64,000 nucleotides of DNA from Candidatus Latescibacterota bacterium (GCA_965226795.1 CBDDDZ010000004.1:512001-576000), one strand, 5' to 3'; positions 49,822-60,573 are shown, numbered from the stretch's first letter. Translations and numbers: made by a program. The notes: a model not told the origin generated them from the sequence alone.

Positions 49822-51918
49822 ATGCGTATTGAAGTGCGCCACATTCGCCGGCAAAGAGCCATTTGCCTGCTGGGCAGTATCTTCGTTCTGGTCTTGATCT
49901 ACAGATTGTCTGCGCTTCAGGTCTGGACGGGTGACCTTTACAGTGCCCGTGCAAAGAGGCAGCACGAAAAGCGGACCGTATTGCAGGCGAACCGCGGTCG
50001 TATTCTGGACCGGCAGGGTCGGGTACTTGCGACGAACCTGGAAGCCCAATCGTTCTTTGTCAACAATGTAGCCGAGTTGGACAGCCTCCGATCCATCGCG
50101 GTGCGATTTTCCGGTCGCGATGGCAAGAAAAACGCCGCACTCCTGCGACGGCTTCAAGAAAAGAAATTCGTCTGGCTGGCTAGAAAGGTAATCAATGACC
50201 GGCGACAGGATCCGCTGCCAAAGGGTGTGGGCCGAATTGTCGAGATGAGGCGAAGCTATCCGATGGGTGTGCTTGCCGGACAGATGCTGGGGTATACGGA
50301 CATCGACAATATCGGAATCGAGGGCGTGGAACTGGCCTGCAATTCACTGTTGCAGGGCAAACCCGGAGATATGACGTCCACGCGAGATGCGCGTGGCGAG
50401 GTACTGGGCGCCCTGGGGGTTGTGCGGCGGATGCCCGAAGACGGCGAGGATGTGATGTTGACCGTGGATGTCGATTACCAGTCGATCGTGGAAGAGGAGT
50501 TGGCTGTGGCCGTGACCGAATTCCAGGCGGTGAACGGGATGGCGATCGTCACGTCGCCCATGTCAGGTGAGATTCTGGCGATGGCCAACGTGCCGCTCTA
50601 CGATCCGAATCATTTCGGCAAGTACGACGCGGCGGTCAGACGCAATCGAGCGGTAACCGACCTCTTTGAGCCCGGTTCCACGTTTAAGGTGGTAGCGGTG
50701 GCCGGCGGTCTGGACGCGGGTCTCTGGCAACGTGAAGATCGAATCTACTGTGAGAATGGCCAGATGTACATTTCCGGCGGTGTCCTTCGAGACACACATC
50801 CGTGCGGATGGCTCACGGTCCAGCAGGTCGTCGAAGAATCCAGCAACATCGGAACCGTGAAAATCTCTCGAAAACTGAAACAGGCAGGTCTGTTTAAATA
50901 TGTCCGTCTGTTCGGATTCGGAAGCAAAACGGCCGTGGATTTGCCGGGTGAAGTGCCCGGAAGCGTGAAAAAACCGACACGATGGTCCGGAAGAACGCGG
51001 GCATCGATGGCGATCGGGCAGGAAGTGGGTGTAACGGCATTACAGATGGTGATGGCTTACGGCGCCATTGCCAACGGCGGCAATTTAATGGTCCCGCGCA
51101 TCTATCGCCGCCGTTCTCACGACGGCAACTGGATCTCCGAACGACCCCACGTCCTGCGGCGGGTGGTTTCTGAGGAAACGGCAAAGAACATGGCCGAAAT
51201 CCTCGAAGGGGTGGTGCAGCGAGGCACGGGCGCAAACGCACGGATACCAGGCTATCGCGTAGCCGGAAAAACGGGCACCGCTCAGCGGGCAAGAGAAGGG
51301 GGGAGGGGCTACGATCCGAACCGGTATGTATCCTCATTCATCGGTTTTTTGCCGGTCGAGCGTGCTGAATTCGTGTGTATTGTGATCGTCGACAGCCCAA
51401 AGGGAATTCACTGGGGCAGCAAGGTAGCCGCACCGGTCTTCAGCCGTATTATGAAACGCATCTTGAGTCTGCGCGACACGGAAATGCGGCATCGGGCAGT
51501 CGTTAAGGCAGGTGGGAAGGAAGGCGTGGAAGCGTCCAGGCCGATATTGGCGGGATTGTCGCGGAATGTGGCGAAACGGGTAATGGATCGGCACGGTTTC
51601 AGCCCAATGAAGGTGGCCGCGGGCTCACGATTGTCAGTAAAGGCGCAGGCCACGTCGAATGATATCAGGGAATCGGAGCAGGCGACGGTTTCGGCAGATT
51701 CAGCGAAGACCATCGATTCCATCACGACGCCCAATGTGCTGGGGGTTCCATTACGCCAGGCTGTGGTTCAGTTGACGTCGTCCGGATTAGTGGTGAGCGT
51801 CTCTGGCAACGGGCGAGTCGTTTCGCAAACCCCCAGCGCCGGAATGCTGGTTGCCCGGGGCACGGTCTGCAATGTGGTGTGTAGCCCGCAGGACGTGCCA
51901 TTCCCGAACGATATGTGA
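49822..51918 (+). CDS. ftsI: Class B penicillin-binding protein (FtsI) with PASTA domain
   Basis: RGRILDR, EPGSTFK, SSN, GKTGTAQ; C-terminal PASTA. Confidence 0.92.
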   Translation: MRIEVRHIRRQRAICLLGSIFVLVLIYRLSALQVWTGDLYSARAKRQHEKRTVLQANRGRILDRQGRVLATNLEAQSFFVNNVAELDSLRSIAVRFSGRDGKKNAALLRRLQEKKFVWLARKVINDRRQDPLPKGVGRIVEMRRSYPMGVLAGQMLGYTDIDNIGIEGVELACNSLLQGKPGDMTSTRDARGEVLGALGVVRRMPEDGEDVMLTVDVDYQSIVEEELAVAVTEFQAVNGMAIVTSPMSGEILAMANVPLYDPNHFGKYDAAVRRNRAVTDLFEPGSTFKVVAVAGGLDAGLWQREDRIYCENGQMYISGGVLRDTHPCGWLTVQQVVEESSNIGTVKISRKLKQAGLFKYVRLFGFGSKTAVDLPGEVPGSVKKPTRWSGRTRASMAIGQEVGVTALQMVMAYGAIANGGNLMVPRIYRRRSHDGNWISERPHVLRRVVSEETAKNMAEILEGVVQRGTGANARIPGYRVAGKTGTAQRAREGGRGYDPNRYVSSFIGFLPVERAEFVCIVIVDSPKGIHWGSKVAAPVFSRIMKRILSLRDTEMRHRAVVKAGGKEGVEASRPILAGLSRNVAKRVMDRHGFSPMKVAAGSRLSVKAQATSNDIRESEQATVSADSAKTIDSITTPNVLGVPLRQAVVQLTSSGLVVSVSGNGRVVSQTPSAGMLVARGTVCNVVCSPQDVPFPNDM

Positions 51919-51931
51919 CAAAAGCCGTGTT

Positions 51932-53377
51932 ATGTGGCTGGTCGACTTCATTTCCCGGATTCCAGGGGCACAATGGCTTCATACGGGCGATCCATGGGTT
52001 ACCGGTCTGGCCACAGATTCGCGGAAGGTTCGACCGGGCGATCTGTTCGTTGCCATCCGAGGCGGACAGCTTGAGGATCGACACGCGTTTGTGCCGCAGG
52101 CCGTGGCGGCGGGGGCCGTGGCGGTGGTGGTTGAAGAGCCGGTTGAGGCGGAAGTTGCGGTCATCCGGGTACCGTCCACGCGGAAGGCGCTGGGAGTATT
52201 CGCGGATCATTTCTACGGGTCGCCCTCGCGGAAACTGCGGATGGTGGGGGTAACGGGAACCAACGGTAAGACCACGACGGCAATGCTTATACAGGCGTCT
52301 CTGGAGGCGGCCGTTGGAGTCTGCGGATTGCTCGGGACGATTGAATACCGCCTTGGCGATCGTCGGATGCCGTCGTTCATTGGAACGCCTGAAGCACACG
52401 ATCTACAGCGGTTGTTGAAGGAGATGACGGACAGCGGCTGCACTGCGGCCGTGATGGAAGTAACGTCGCACGGATTGGCATTGGACCGGGTACACGGCAT
52501 CGAATTCGACACGGCGGTGTTTACTAATTTTTCGCGGGACCATCTGGATTTTCATGAATCGTTGGAATCCTATCTGGCCGCCAAAAAGCTGCTCTTTGAC
52601 AACTTAAATCCGGATGCGCGTGCGGTGGTCAACGCGGACGACGCGGCGACCGATCGCCTTTTGCGCGACTGCAGCGCGCGGGTGGTGTCCTTCGGCCGTT
52701 CGCCGGCTGCCGATGTACGAATCATGCACGCGAATACCGACGGTTTCGGGACACGGATGGATCTGGAAACGCGTTGGGGAACCCTGCACCTTGCACTCGC
52801 GCTGCGGGGCCGTTTCCATCAGATGAACGCCGCGGCGGCAATTGCCGCAGGGCTGGCGATGGATGTAGACGCGGAATCGATTGCTGCGGCCATTCGGGAC
52901 GTGCAGGTACCTGGTCGTTTTGAAAGCGTTCAGGAAGGACAGGATTTCGGTGTGATTGTGGATTATGCACATACTCCCGACGCGCTTGGAAATGTCTTGC
53001 GGGCGGCCCGTGAGTTTACGGAAGGTCGTTTGATCTGCGTGTTTGGATGTGGGGGTGATCGAGACCGCGGCAAGCGGCCTCAGATGGGACGAATTTCCGC
53101 AGAGATGTCCGATCTGACGGTTGTGACGTCCGACAATCCCAGGACCGAAGACCCGCAGTCGATTCTCAGAGACATATCGGTGGGCGTTTGCCGCGCGGAA
53201 CACCAGGTCGAAGTTGATCGGCGAAAGGCGATTTCACTGGCTATTGGACATGCGTCGGGTGGCGATCTTGTCGTAATAGCGGGCAAGGGACACGAGAATT
53301 ACCAGGATATCGGTGGAAAGAAGATTCACTTTGACGATCGGCAGGTGGTGCGGGACGTCCTGAGGGGGCACGTATAG
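51932..53377 (+). CDS. murE: UDP-MurNAc-Ala-Glu--meso-DAP ligase
   Basis: GVTGTNGKTT, MEVTSH, RDHLDFH, DYAHTPD, SDNPR, AGKGHE. Confidence 0.96.
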   Translation: MWLVDFISRIPGAQWLHTGDPWVTGLATDSRKVRPGDLFVAIRGGQLEDRHAFVPQAVAAGAVAVVVEEPVEAEVAVIRVPSTRKALGVFADHFYGSPSRKLRMVGVTGTNGKTTTAMLIQASLEAAVGVCGLLGTIEYRLGDRRMPSFIGTPEAHDLQRLLKEMTDSGCTAAVMEVTSHGLALDRVHGIEFDTAVFTNFSRDHLDFHESLESYLAAKKLLFDNLNPDARAVVNADDAATDRLLRDCSARVVSFGRSPAADVRIMHANTDGFGTRMDLETRWGTLHLALALRGRFHQMNAAAAIAAGLAMDVDAESIAAAIRDVQVPGRFESVQEGQDFGVIVDYAHTPDALGNVLRAAREFTEGRLICVFGCGGDRDRGKRPQMGRISAEMSDLTVVTSDNPRTEDPQSILRDISVGVCRAEHQVEVDRRKAISLAIGHASGGDLVVIAGKGHENYQDIGGKKIHFDDRQVVRDVLRGHV

Positions 53378-53442
53378 TCCACTTCAGGATTCCAGAAGCT
53401 GATCGGGCTGAGACACGAAGATCGTCACCTGGAACGCGCAAT

Positions 53443-54852
53443 ATGGAAGGAATGACACTGGCGGAAGCGGCGGATGCAATGGACGGAGAGCTGGTTGGAG
53501 CCGTTGACTCGGCAATCTGTCCAACTGGTGGGTGCATCGATACGCGGGTGTTGAAGGAAGGGGAGTTGTTCTTCGCGCTCGAGGGAGAACGCGTCAACGG
53601 AATTCGCGACGGGCATCATTTTGTGGGCGATTCCTTGAAATGGGGCGCATCCGCGGCTGTCGTTTCGCGGCAATGGGCTGATGATCGAAATTCCTGCAGA
53701 TTACCCGGGACCCTGATCGTGGTCGAAAACCCGGGCCTGGCGCTGGGCGCTCTAGGCAGGGCTTACCGCCGACGATTTCAGATTCCGGTGGTGGCCGTTA
53801 CGGGTAGCAGTGGGAAAACAACAACCAAGGATATGGCTGCCGCTGTGCTGAGTACCCGATACAGGGTGCTGGCTACGGAAAGAAATTTAAACAACTGGCT
53901 TGGGGTTCCACTGACTCTGCTGCGGCTTTCAAACGCCCACGAAGCCGCGGTTGTTGAAATGGGCATCAGCGAACACGGGGGTTTGAAATGCCTGTGTGAA
54001 ATCGCCGATCCGACGATCGGTGTGATTACAAATATCGGACCTGCACATCTGGAATTTTTAGGCTCTGTAGAGGGTGTGGCTAAAGCCAAAGGGGAACTCC
54101 TGGATTATCTAGAAGAGTCTTCAATGGCTATCTTGAATTTCGATAACCTGTTCGTGTCACAGGAGCGAGCAAGACTTAAGGGGAGACTCCTGGGCTTTGG
54201 TATCGAGAAGATATGTCAGTTTCGTGGGGAGGGACTTGTCATAGACCAGGAGGGCTGCGGTCACTTCTCTCTGCAGGGCCGTTTTTTTCATCTGGTTGTA
54301 CCCGGCCGACATCAAGTTTATAACGCACTGGCCGCAACGGCGGTCGGCGCGGCGCTGGATGTGCCGGTTGAACAAGCCGCGAAAGCCCTTGGCGCGTTTC
54401 GGCCTTCGAAGCTGCGGGGCCAGATGGTTGAGAAGAATGGAATCCGGCTATTGAACGATTCGTACAATGCCAACCCCGCCTCGATGCGGGCGGCTCTGGA
54501 AACTCTGGCGCAAATGTCCAAAACCGCGGACGGCCGGCGGGTGGCGGTGCTGGGCGACATGCTGGAACTTGGCGCATCGGCCATACAGAGCCACAGGCGC
54601 CTGGGCATGCTTGCCGCCAGACTCGGAATGGACGCCATTTTCGCGCTCGGTGACATGTCAGGTCACGTATCCGAAGGAGGTATATCGGGCGGTTTGTCCC
54701 CTGAAAGGTCGCGGGCATTCAAAGACCGAGCATCCCTGGTGACAAAACTCAAGGCATTTCTCAGACCGGGCGATCTGGTACTTATGAAGGGGTCTCGCGG
54801 CCTGGCGATGGAGACGACCGCGGAAGCACTGGGTTTTAAAGTAAAATTATGA
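53443..54852 (+). CDS. murF: UDP-MurNAc-tripeptide--D-Ala-D-Ala ligase
   Basis: TGSSGKTTTK, DSYNANP, LGDMLELG, KGSRG. Confidence 0.96.
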   Translation: MEGMTLAEAADAMDGELVGAVDSAICPTGGCIDTRVLKEGELFFALEGERVNGIRDGHHFVGDSLKWGASAAVVSRQWADDRNSCRLPGTLIVVENPGLALGALGRAYRRRFQIPVVAVTGSSGKTTTKDMAAAVLSTRYRVLATERNLNNWLGVPLTLLRLSNAHEAAVVEMGISEHGGLKCLCEIADPTIGVITNIGPAHLEFLGSVEGVAKAKGELLDYLEESSMAILNFDNLFVSQERARLKGRLLGFGIEKICQFRGEGLVIDQEGCGHFSLQGRFFHLVVPGRHQVYNALAATAVGAALDVPVEQAAKALGAFRPSKLRGQMVEKNGIRLLNDSYNANPASMRAALETLAQMSKTADGRRVAVLGDMLELGASAIQSHRRLGMLAARLGMDAIFALGDMSGHVSEGGISGGLSPERSRAFKDRASLVTKLKAFLRPGDLVLMKGSRGLAMETTAEALGFKVKL

Positions 54853-54997
54853 GATATGGCGGGCTGACAAAATCATGATTTTTTTCCATCGACGGTCATG
54901 GGCGTCTGACATTTCGTTCTTCATTCACAATCCCGATCCTTGACGTCCTGTCTTGAGATTCCATTTCGGGATCCTTATTCTCAATAAGCTCGAATAT

Positions 54998-56173
54998 ATG
55001 TCGACCGGAAGAACAGAACAGCAGACTTATCTGCTGATGTTGCTGGTGATCGGGCTGGTGGGATTCGGCCTTGTAATGGTGTATAGCGCCAGCACAGCGC
55101 TGGGGCAGGTGCGGTTTGAGAGCGGCCACTTTTTCCTGAAGCGGTGGGCGTTGCGTACGGTGGTCGGTCTCGTGGCGATGTTCTTGATTATGCGCGTGGA
55201 TTATCGATTCTGGGCACGTTTTGCCCGGATCTTTCTGGCCATCGGTTTCCTGGGATTGGCTGTTGTCCTGGTTTTCAAACTCGCGGAAGTGGGCAAGGTG
55301 CGCGGCGCATATCGATGGATTCAATTACCGGGGGGCACCCTTCAACCTTCGGATATGATGCGTCTCGCGCTGGTAGTTTATCTGGCGGAGTCTTTGAGCA
55401 GGCGCCAGGGACTGTTGAAGGATCTCGTTCAGGGTTACCTCCCACATATTGCCATAATCGGCGTTGCGATGGGAATGGTAATGCTCCAACCCGACCTCGG
55501 GACGGCTCTGGCGATCGGAATGACATGCACGCTAATGTTATATCTGGCTGGTGTGCGAGTCAAGCACATTGCTGGTACGGGGATGGTTTTGCTACCGTTG
55601 TTGTATCTCGTTGTATTTGTTGTGGGTTATCGAAAGGAACGGATGATGACGTTTTTCAGTCCGTCCGACGACATCCAGGGCGCCGGATATCACGTAATGC
55701 AGTCTCTGCTGGCGCTCGGAAGCGGCGGTTGGACCGGATTGGGTCTGGGGCAGAGTCTGCAGAAATATTTCTTTCTTCCGGAGCCACATACCGACTTTGT
55801 ATTCAGTATCGTCGGCGAAGAGTTCGGCCTGGTCGGCACGGCCGGCCTGGTGATTTGCTTTCTCATTTTTGGCCGGTGCGGGTTTCAGATTGCCCGTCGT
55901 GCACCGGATCTGCACGGATTCTTCCTGGCGTCGGGTATTACACTCATGATTCTGGTCTATGCGTTTGTGAACATGGGGGTCTGCACGGGATTGATACCGG
56001 CCACCGGGCTTCCGCTGCCCTTTATCAGTTACGGTGGATCTTCACTGCTTTTCACGTTGCTTGCCGTTGGTATTCTGATCAACATCGGGCGGTGCGGTGC
56101 GGCCGATCCTGGAACACTTCCCCAACGAACCGGTGTCGTCAGAATGCACCGGACAGGAGATCGCAGGTTCTGA
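54998..56173 (+). CDS. ftsW: SEDS peptidoglycan polymerase FtsW
   Basis: MVYSAS, QPSD, QPDLG, LPEPHTDF, TGLPLPFISYGGSS. Confidence 0.95.
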   Translation: MSTGRTEQQTYLLMLLVIGLVGFGLVMVYSASTALGQVRFESGHFFLKRWALRTVVGLVAMFLIMRVDYRFWARFARIFLAIGFLGLAVVLVFKLAEVGKVRGAYRWIQLPGGTLQPSDMMRLALVVYLAESLSRRQGLLKDLVQGYLPHIAIIGVAMGMVMLQPDLGTALAIGMTCTLMLYLAGVRVKHIAGTGMVLLPLLYLVVFVVGYRKERMMTFFSPSDDIQGAGYHVMQSLLALGSGGWTGLGLGQSLQKYFFLPEPHTDFVFSIVGEEFGLVGTAGLVICFLIFGRCGFQIARRAPDLHGFFLASGITLMILVYAFVNMGVCTGLIPATGLPLPFISYGGSSLLFTLLAVGILINIGRCGAADPGTLPQRTGVVRMHRTGDRRF

Positions 56174-57279
56174 TGCCGTTACGCCTGTTGTTTGCCGTTA
56201 CCCTTACCGGCGGTCACACGGTACCCGCGCTTGGCATGGCGGCCGCGGTACGTAAGCGGTATCCGGATACGGTGATCCGATTCGTCGGTGTTGCACGAGG
56301 CGTCGAGGCCAGGCTGATTCCACGTGAGGGATATGTCCTTGAGACCTTGCCGGTTATAGGCCTTAAGCGTCGCCTGCATCTCGATTTGCTGCAATTTCCA
56401 TGGATGCTTGTGAAGGGCATCTATACCGCCTTTCGCATCCTGTTTGCGTACCATCCTCATACGGTGATCTGTACCGGAGGCCATGTCAGCGGCCCGGTGG
56501 GCGTAGCCGCGCGGTTGCTTGGCATTCCGCTGGTTCTGCACGAGTCGAATAATTTCCCCGGGCTTACCGTTCGCCTGCTGTCCCGCGCGGCCAGGCAGGT
56601 CTATCTGGCATTCGAGGGGGCAAGGCGACGCGTGGGCGGGTGTGAGAAACACGTCGTTGGCAACCCGATTCGGGAGGGATGGAAGCGCGTGGACCGGACC
56701 GAGGCGCGCCGGCGGTTCGGGCTGGACGTAGACCGGGTCACCCTGTTCGTCACGGGAGCCAGCCAGGGATCGCTGGGAATTAATCGCGTCGTGGCGGCGG
56801 CACTACCGGTATTGACGGAACGTGGCTATCAGATTTTGTGGCAGACCGGTAAGGTGGGCTACGATGCAGCGGCTTCCGCCGCGCGCTCCTGCGGAGACCG
56901 CGTAGTCGTCAGGGACTTTATCGACGACATGGCGATGGCTTACAGTACGGCCGACCTCGCGTTGACCAGGTCGGGTGCCATAACGGTGACGGAAGTGACA
57001 CAACTAGGTGTTCCTGCGTTGATGGTGCCATTACCACTCGCGGCCGAGAACCATCAGGAATTCAATGCAAGGGCCGTGGTTCGAGCCGGGGCCGCGCGGA
57101 TGGTGCCTGAATCGGAACTGAGCGCGGAAAGGCTGGTTCAGGAAGTGTCCGTGCTGGTTGATTCGAACGGCCTTCTTTCGGATATGGCCCGTCGCAGCCG
57201 CGCGCTGGCCGTTCCGGACGCGGCTGTGCGGTTGGTGGAGGGAATGGCGCGAAGTGGACTTCTGCGCGGTGAGTCTTAA
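56173..57279 (+). CDS. murG: Undecaprenyl-PP-MurNAc-pentapeptide GlcNAc transferase
   Basis: TGGHTVPA, HESN, GNPIR, GASQG, RSGA, HQEFNA; TGATG coupling with ftsW. Confidence 0.93.
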   Translation: MPLRLLFAVTLTGGHTVPALGMAAAVRKRYPDTVIRFVGVARGVEARLIPREGYVLETLPVIGLKRRLHLDLLQFPWMLVKGIYTAFRILFAYHPHTVICTGGHVSGPVGVAARLLGIPLVLHESNNFPGLTVRLLSRAARQVYLAFEGARRRVGGCEKHVVGNPIREGWKRVDRTEARRRFGLDVDRVTLFVTGASQGSLGINRVVAAALPVLTERGYQILWQTGKVGYDAAASAARSCGDRVVVRDFIDDMAMAYSTADLALTRSGAITVTEVTQLGVPALMVPLPLAAENHQEFNARAVVRAGAARMVPESELSAERLVQEVSVLVDSNGLLSDMARRSRALAVPDAAVRLVEGMARSGLLRGES

Positions 57280-57293
57280 AGGATGGATGCCGC

Positions 57294-58682
57294 ATGGTGA
57301 AATTGAAACCGGGTTGCCGGGTGCATTTTGTGGGCATCGGGGGAGTGGGAATGAGCGCGGTCGCGGAACTGCTGTTTCAACAGGAATGCGTTGTTACCGG
57401 ATCGGACCGCGAGGCCTCCGCGCTGACGGATCGGTTGGGAATGCTGGGAATTCCCGTTCAAATCGGACACACGAGGGAGGCTGTAAAGAACGTAGACCTG
57501 GTTGTGTACACACCAGCTGCGGGACCGGACAATTCGGAGTTGACAGAAGCCCGGTCCAACGGGATTCCAACGATCAAGCGAGCCGCCCTTCTGGGGCAGT
57601 TGACGGCAGGGCACCGTGTTGTGGGGGTGACCGGTACACACGGGAAGACGACAACTACAGCCATGGTCGGCGGGGTTCTCGACGCGGCGGGTCTGGATCC
57701 CACCGTGCTGGTGGGCGGGATCGTCAGGGGGCCCGAGACAAACCTGCGGCCGGGCTCACGAACATTGTGGGCGGTCGAGGCCGATGAGTTCGACCGTTCC
57801 TTTCTGACATTGCGTCCGGAGGTGGCGGTGGTGACGTCGCTTGAGGCGGACCATCTGGACTGCTATGGAGACATGAAGGGCCTCTTTCGAGCGTTTCAGC
57901 AGTTTCTGGAACAGACAAGCCGATGTGCGGTGATGGCCTACGATGGACCTCTGGTGCGGAAACTGAACACGGGGCATCTTGAAATTTTCTCGTATGGTCT
58001 GAAGGAGGAAACAGGGATTTCTGCGCAATCCATCCTCCACGATGGCCACGGAAGTCGGTTTCAGGCGCTCGACGGCGGAAAACCCCTCGGCGATGTTGTC
58101 CTCCGGGTTCCAGGCCGGCACAATGTGAGCAATGCGCTGGCAGCTGTGGGTGTGGGCCTGGCGCTGGAACTGCCCTGGAAGGCAATACGGTCCGGACTGG
58201 AAAACTTCCGGGGTGTGCGACGCCGGCTGGAGGTGCTCGGTGATCCGGGCGGTGTGCGGGTTGTAAACGACTACGCCCATCATCCAACCGAGGTTCGCGC
58301 CGCCCTGGAAACCATCAGAGCTGGATGGACGGGCCGTTTGGTGGCTGTTTTCCAGCCACATCTGTATTCGAGAACCAGGGATTTCGCGGTTGATTTTGGG
58401 AGGGTTTTGAGTGAAGCCGATCAGGTTTGGGTCGCCGACGTCTACGCCGCTCGTGAGGATACGATTCCCGGTGTGACCGGCGAGACGGTGGCACGCCAGG
58501 TACGGAATGCCGGCTGTTCCGAAGTACACTATGTCGCGGGCCTGGACGATCTCGAGATTCGCCTTTCAGAAGCGCTTGCGTCGGGCGACCTCGTGTTGGT
58601 GATGGGTGCCGGCGACGTGGAGCAGGTTGCGTATGGACTGACTCACCGGCTGTCCGAGGGAGCACTACGGTCTGATATATGA
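57294..58682 (+). CDS. murC: UDP-MurNAc--L-alanine ligase
   Basis: HFVGIGGVGMS, GTHGKTTT, EADEFD, DYAHHPTE, FQPHLYSR. Confidence 0.96.
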   Translation: MVKLKPGCRVHFVGIGGVGMSAVAELLFQQECVVTGSDREASALTDRLGMLGIPVQIGHTREAVKNVDLVVYTPAAGPDNSELTEARSNGIPTIKRAALLGQLTAGHRVVGVTGTHGKTTTTAMVGGVLDAAGLDPTVLVGGIVRGPETNLRPGSRTLWAVEADEFDRSFLTLRPEVAVVTSLEADHLDCYGDMKGLFRAFQQFLEQTSRCAVMAYDGPLVRKLNTGHLEIFSYGLKEETGISAQSILHDGHGSRFQALDGGKPLGDVVLRVPGRHNVSNALAAVGVGLALELPWKAIRSGLENFRGVRRRLEVLGDPGGVRVVNDYAHHPTEVRAALETIRAGWTGRLVAVFQPHLYSRTRDFAVDFGRVLSEADQVWVADVYAAREDTIPGVTGETVARQVRNAGCSEVHYVAGLDDLEIRLSEALASGDLVLVMGAGDVEQVAYGLTHRLSEGALRSDI

Positions 58683-59613
58683 TGCTCAAAAGCGGAATTC
58701 GCTCGCCCGTGAAATTCGGGCACGCTGCAGGGGCGAACTTCTGGTTGACGAACCCTTGAAGAAACATACCCATTTGGGTTTGGGTGGGGCCGCGGATCTG
58801 TTTTTCCGGCCCGCGGACATGGACGATCTGATTACGGCGGTGCCGCTCGTTCTGGACTCCGAACTGCAAGTGTTACCTCTGGGCGGCGGAACCAACATGC
58901 TGGTGGGCGACACAGGTTTCAGGGGGCTCGTAATCTGTTTGACCCGTGGACTCGCAGGAATGGCGGTTGAATCGGATCAGGGCGAAGCGCAGGCGGGCGC
59001 GAGCCTTCAGGTGTTTTCCAGACGCTGCCAGCGCGCCGGACAGACCGGGATGGAGTTCGGCTGCGGAATTCCCGGAACCGTGGGCGGCGCAATTTGGGGA
59101 AACGCCGGCGCGTGGGGGGGGCAGATCATGGAGCGGACGGCGTGGCTGAGAGGTGTGAACCTCCGAACGGGTCAAGCGATGGAATTGCAGAAAGAATCGA
59201 TACCTTTTTCTTACCGGCACACGGATCTTCCGGCTGGATTTCTGATCGTGGAGGCGGGGTTTTTTCTGGAAGAGGACGATCCGGTGATGGTGCAGACACG
59301 CATGGACGAAATTCTTGCCCAGCGAAGAAGCTCCCAGCCGTTGTGGGCGCGCAACGCTGGCTGCATCTTCAAGAACCCGCCGGGCATGTCGGCGGGGTTG
59401 CTCATCGACAGAGCCGGTTGCAAAGGTCTATCCGTGGGCGATGTCGAAGTGTCGGATGTTCATGCGAATTTCATCGTGAATCGGGGCCGCGGCACCGCGG
59501 CGGATGTGCTCTCACTGGTCCGGAAGGTTCAAGAAAAAGTACACAAGGCTTTTGGGATCGAAATGAAGATGGAAGTTCGCGTTGTCGGCGAGCGGGGAAT
59601 CGAGAACCCCTAA
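58672..59613 (+). CDS. murB: UDP-N-acetylenolpyruvoylglucosamine reductase (start probably non-canonical)
   Basis: EPLKKHT..LGGAAD, GGGTN, IPGTVGGA..NAGA, FSYR, GCIFKNP, HANF. Confidence 0.93.
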   Translation: MIYDAQKRNSLAREIRARCRGELLVDEPLKKHTHLGLGGAADLFFRPADMDDLITAVPLVLDSELQVLPLGGGTNMLVGDTGFRGLVICLTRGLAGMAVESDQGEAQAGASLQVFSRRCQRAGQTGMEFGCGIPGTVGGAIWGNAGAWGGQIMERTAWLRGVNLRTGQAMELQKESIPFSYRHTDLPAGFLIVEAGFFLEEDDPVMVQTRMDEILAQRRSSQPLWARNAGCIFKNPPGMSAGLLIDRAGCKGLSVGDVEVSDVHANFIVNRGRGTAADVLSLVRKVQEKVHKAFGIEMKMEVRVVGERGIENP

Positions 59614-59721
59614 AGCAGGGTACTGCGACGGGTTCCGGCAACGAATTCACCTTTGTGGCGGCTGTTTCCGGATGTGTACGCCCGAGGCACCCGGCGGATA
59701 CCTAAAACGACGGAGGTAAAT

Positions 59722-60516
59722 ATGTCCAGCCATCGACCGATCTATTCCCGGACTCAGGAACGGGAGCGGATTCCTCAAGAGGAGCCCGAATCCCGATCGC
59801 CGGTTCGCATATTACGGTGGATTGTCGTTCTGGCGCTTGTTGGACTACTGCTATTCGGCATTCAGAACGCGTATTCGGCACTCACCGATTCCGACCTTTT
59901 TCGTCTGGACCACATTACCGTGGTGGGCAACCGGCTGTTGAAGGAAAGCGAGGTAGCGGTTCTTTCGGGCCTGAAGATCGGCGTCAACCTTTTTGCGGCC
60001 GATCTTAAAGCGGCGACAAAGCGGTTAGTGGCCGATCCGGCGATAAAGGACGCATTGTTGTTGAGACAACCTCCGGGCGGGTTGCTCATCGAACTGCAAG
60101 AGAGGCGTCCGCTTGCGCTGGCGGCAACTTCGGAAGGGCTGTACGGTCTGGACGAGGATGGCGTGCTCTTTCCGCTCCCGCAGGCGCCTTTTAATCTGCC
60201 GATCGTGACAGGTATTGGAGCGGCCGTGGACTCACCGGGGGTTTACCGGTTTTCCAACCTTGTATCGTTCCTGGAGCAGCTTCGTTCAAAAGTGCCGGCG
60301 TTCCTGGATGAGGTCTCCGAAGTACACCTGGTGTCTGTCACTGAGGCTCGGATCTATCTCGTGGGAGATGGGCTGACACTTCGCATGCGACTTGAAGATG
60401 CGGTCGACCAGGTCCGGCGTTTTGATGCGTTTGTAAAGGCGGGGCCACACAGAATTCAGACATCCGTTTACATCGACCTCCGGTTTTCGAATCAGGTCGT
60501 TGTGGGTACAGGTTAA
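59722..60516 (+). CDS. ftsQ: Cell division protein FtsQ/DivIB
   Basis: TM, POTRA-like region, C-terminal YIDLRFSNQVVV; GGAGG RBS. Confidence 0.88.
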   Translation: MSSHRPIYSRTQERERIPQEEPESRSPVRILRWIVVLALVGLLLFGIQNAYSALTDSDLFRLDHITVVGNRLLKESEVAVLSGLKIGVNLFAADLKAATKRLVADPAIKDALLLRQPPGGLLIELQERRPLALAATSEGLYGLDEDGVLFPLPQAPFNLPIVTGIGAAVDSPGVYRFSNLVSFLEQLRSKVPAFLDEVSEVHLVSVTEARIYLVGDGLTLRMRLEDAVDQVRRFDAFVKAGPHRIQTSVYIDLRFSNQVVVGTG

Positions 60517-60573
60517 GGCTTTCGCAAACCCGTACCCAGCACCTGTCCGGCAGTTGTTGGAAAGGAAGTGAGG

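Noticed and set aside
55144..56172. Long N-terminal extension of MurG (711-aa ORF), plus similar extended starts for ffh, murE and the 5678 ORF
   Set aside because: These overlap real upstream genes or precede better RBS-supported starts; typical GC-rich open-frame artefacts.
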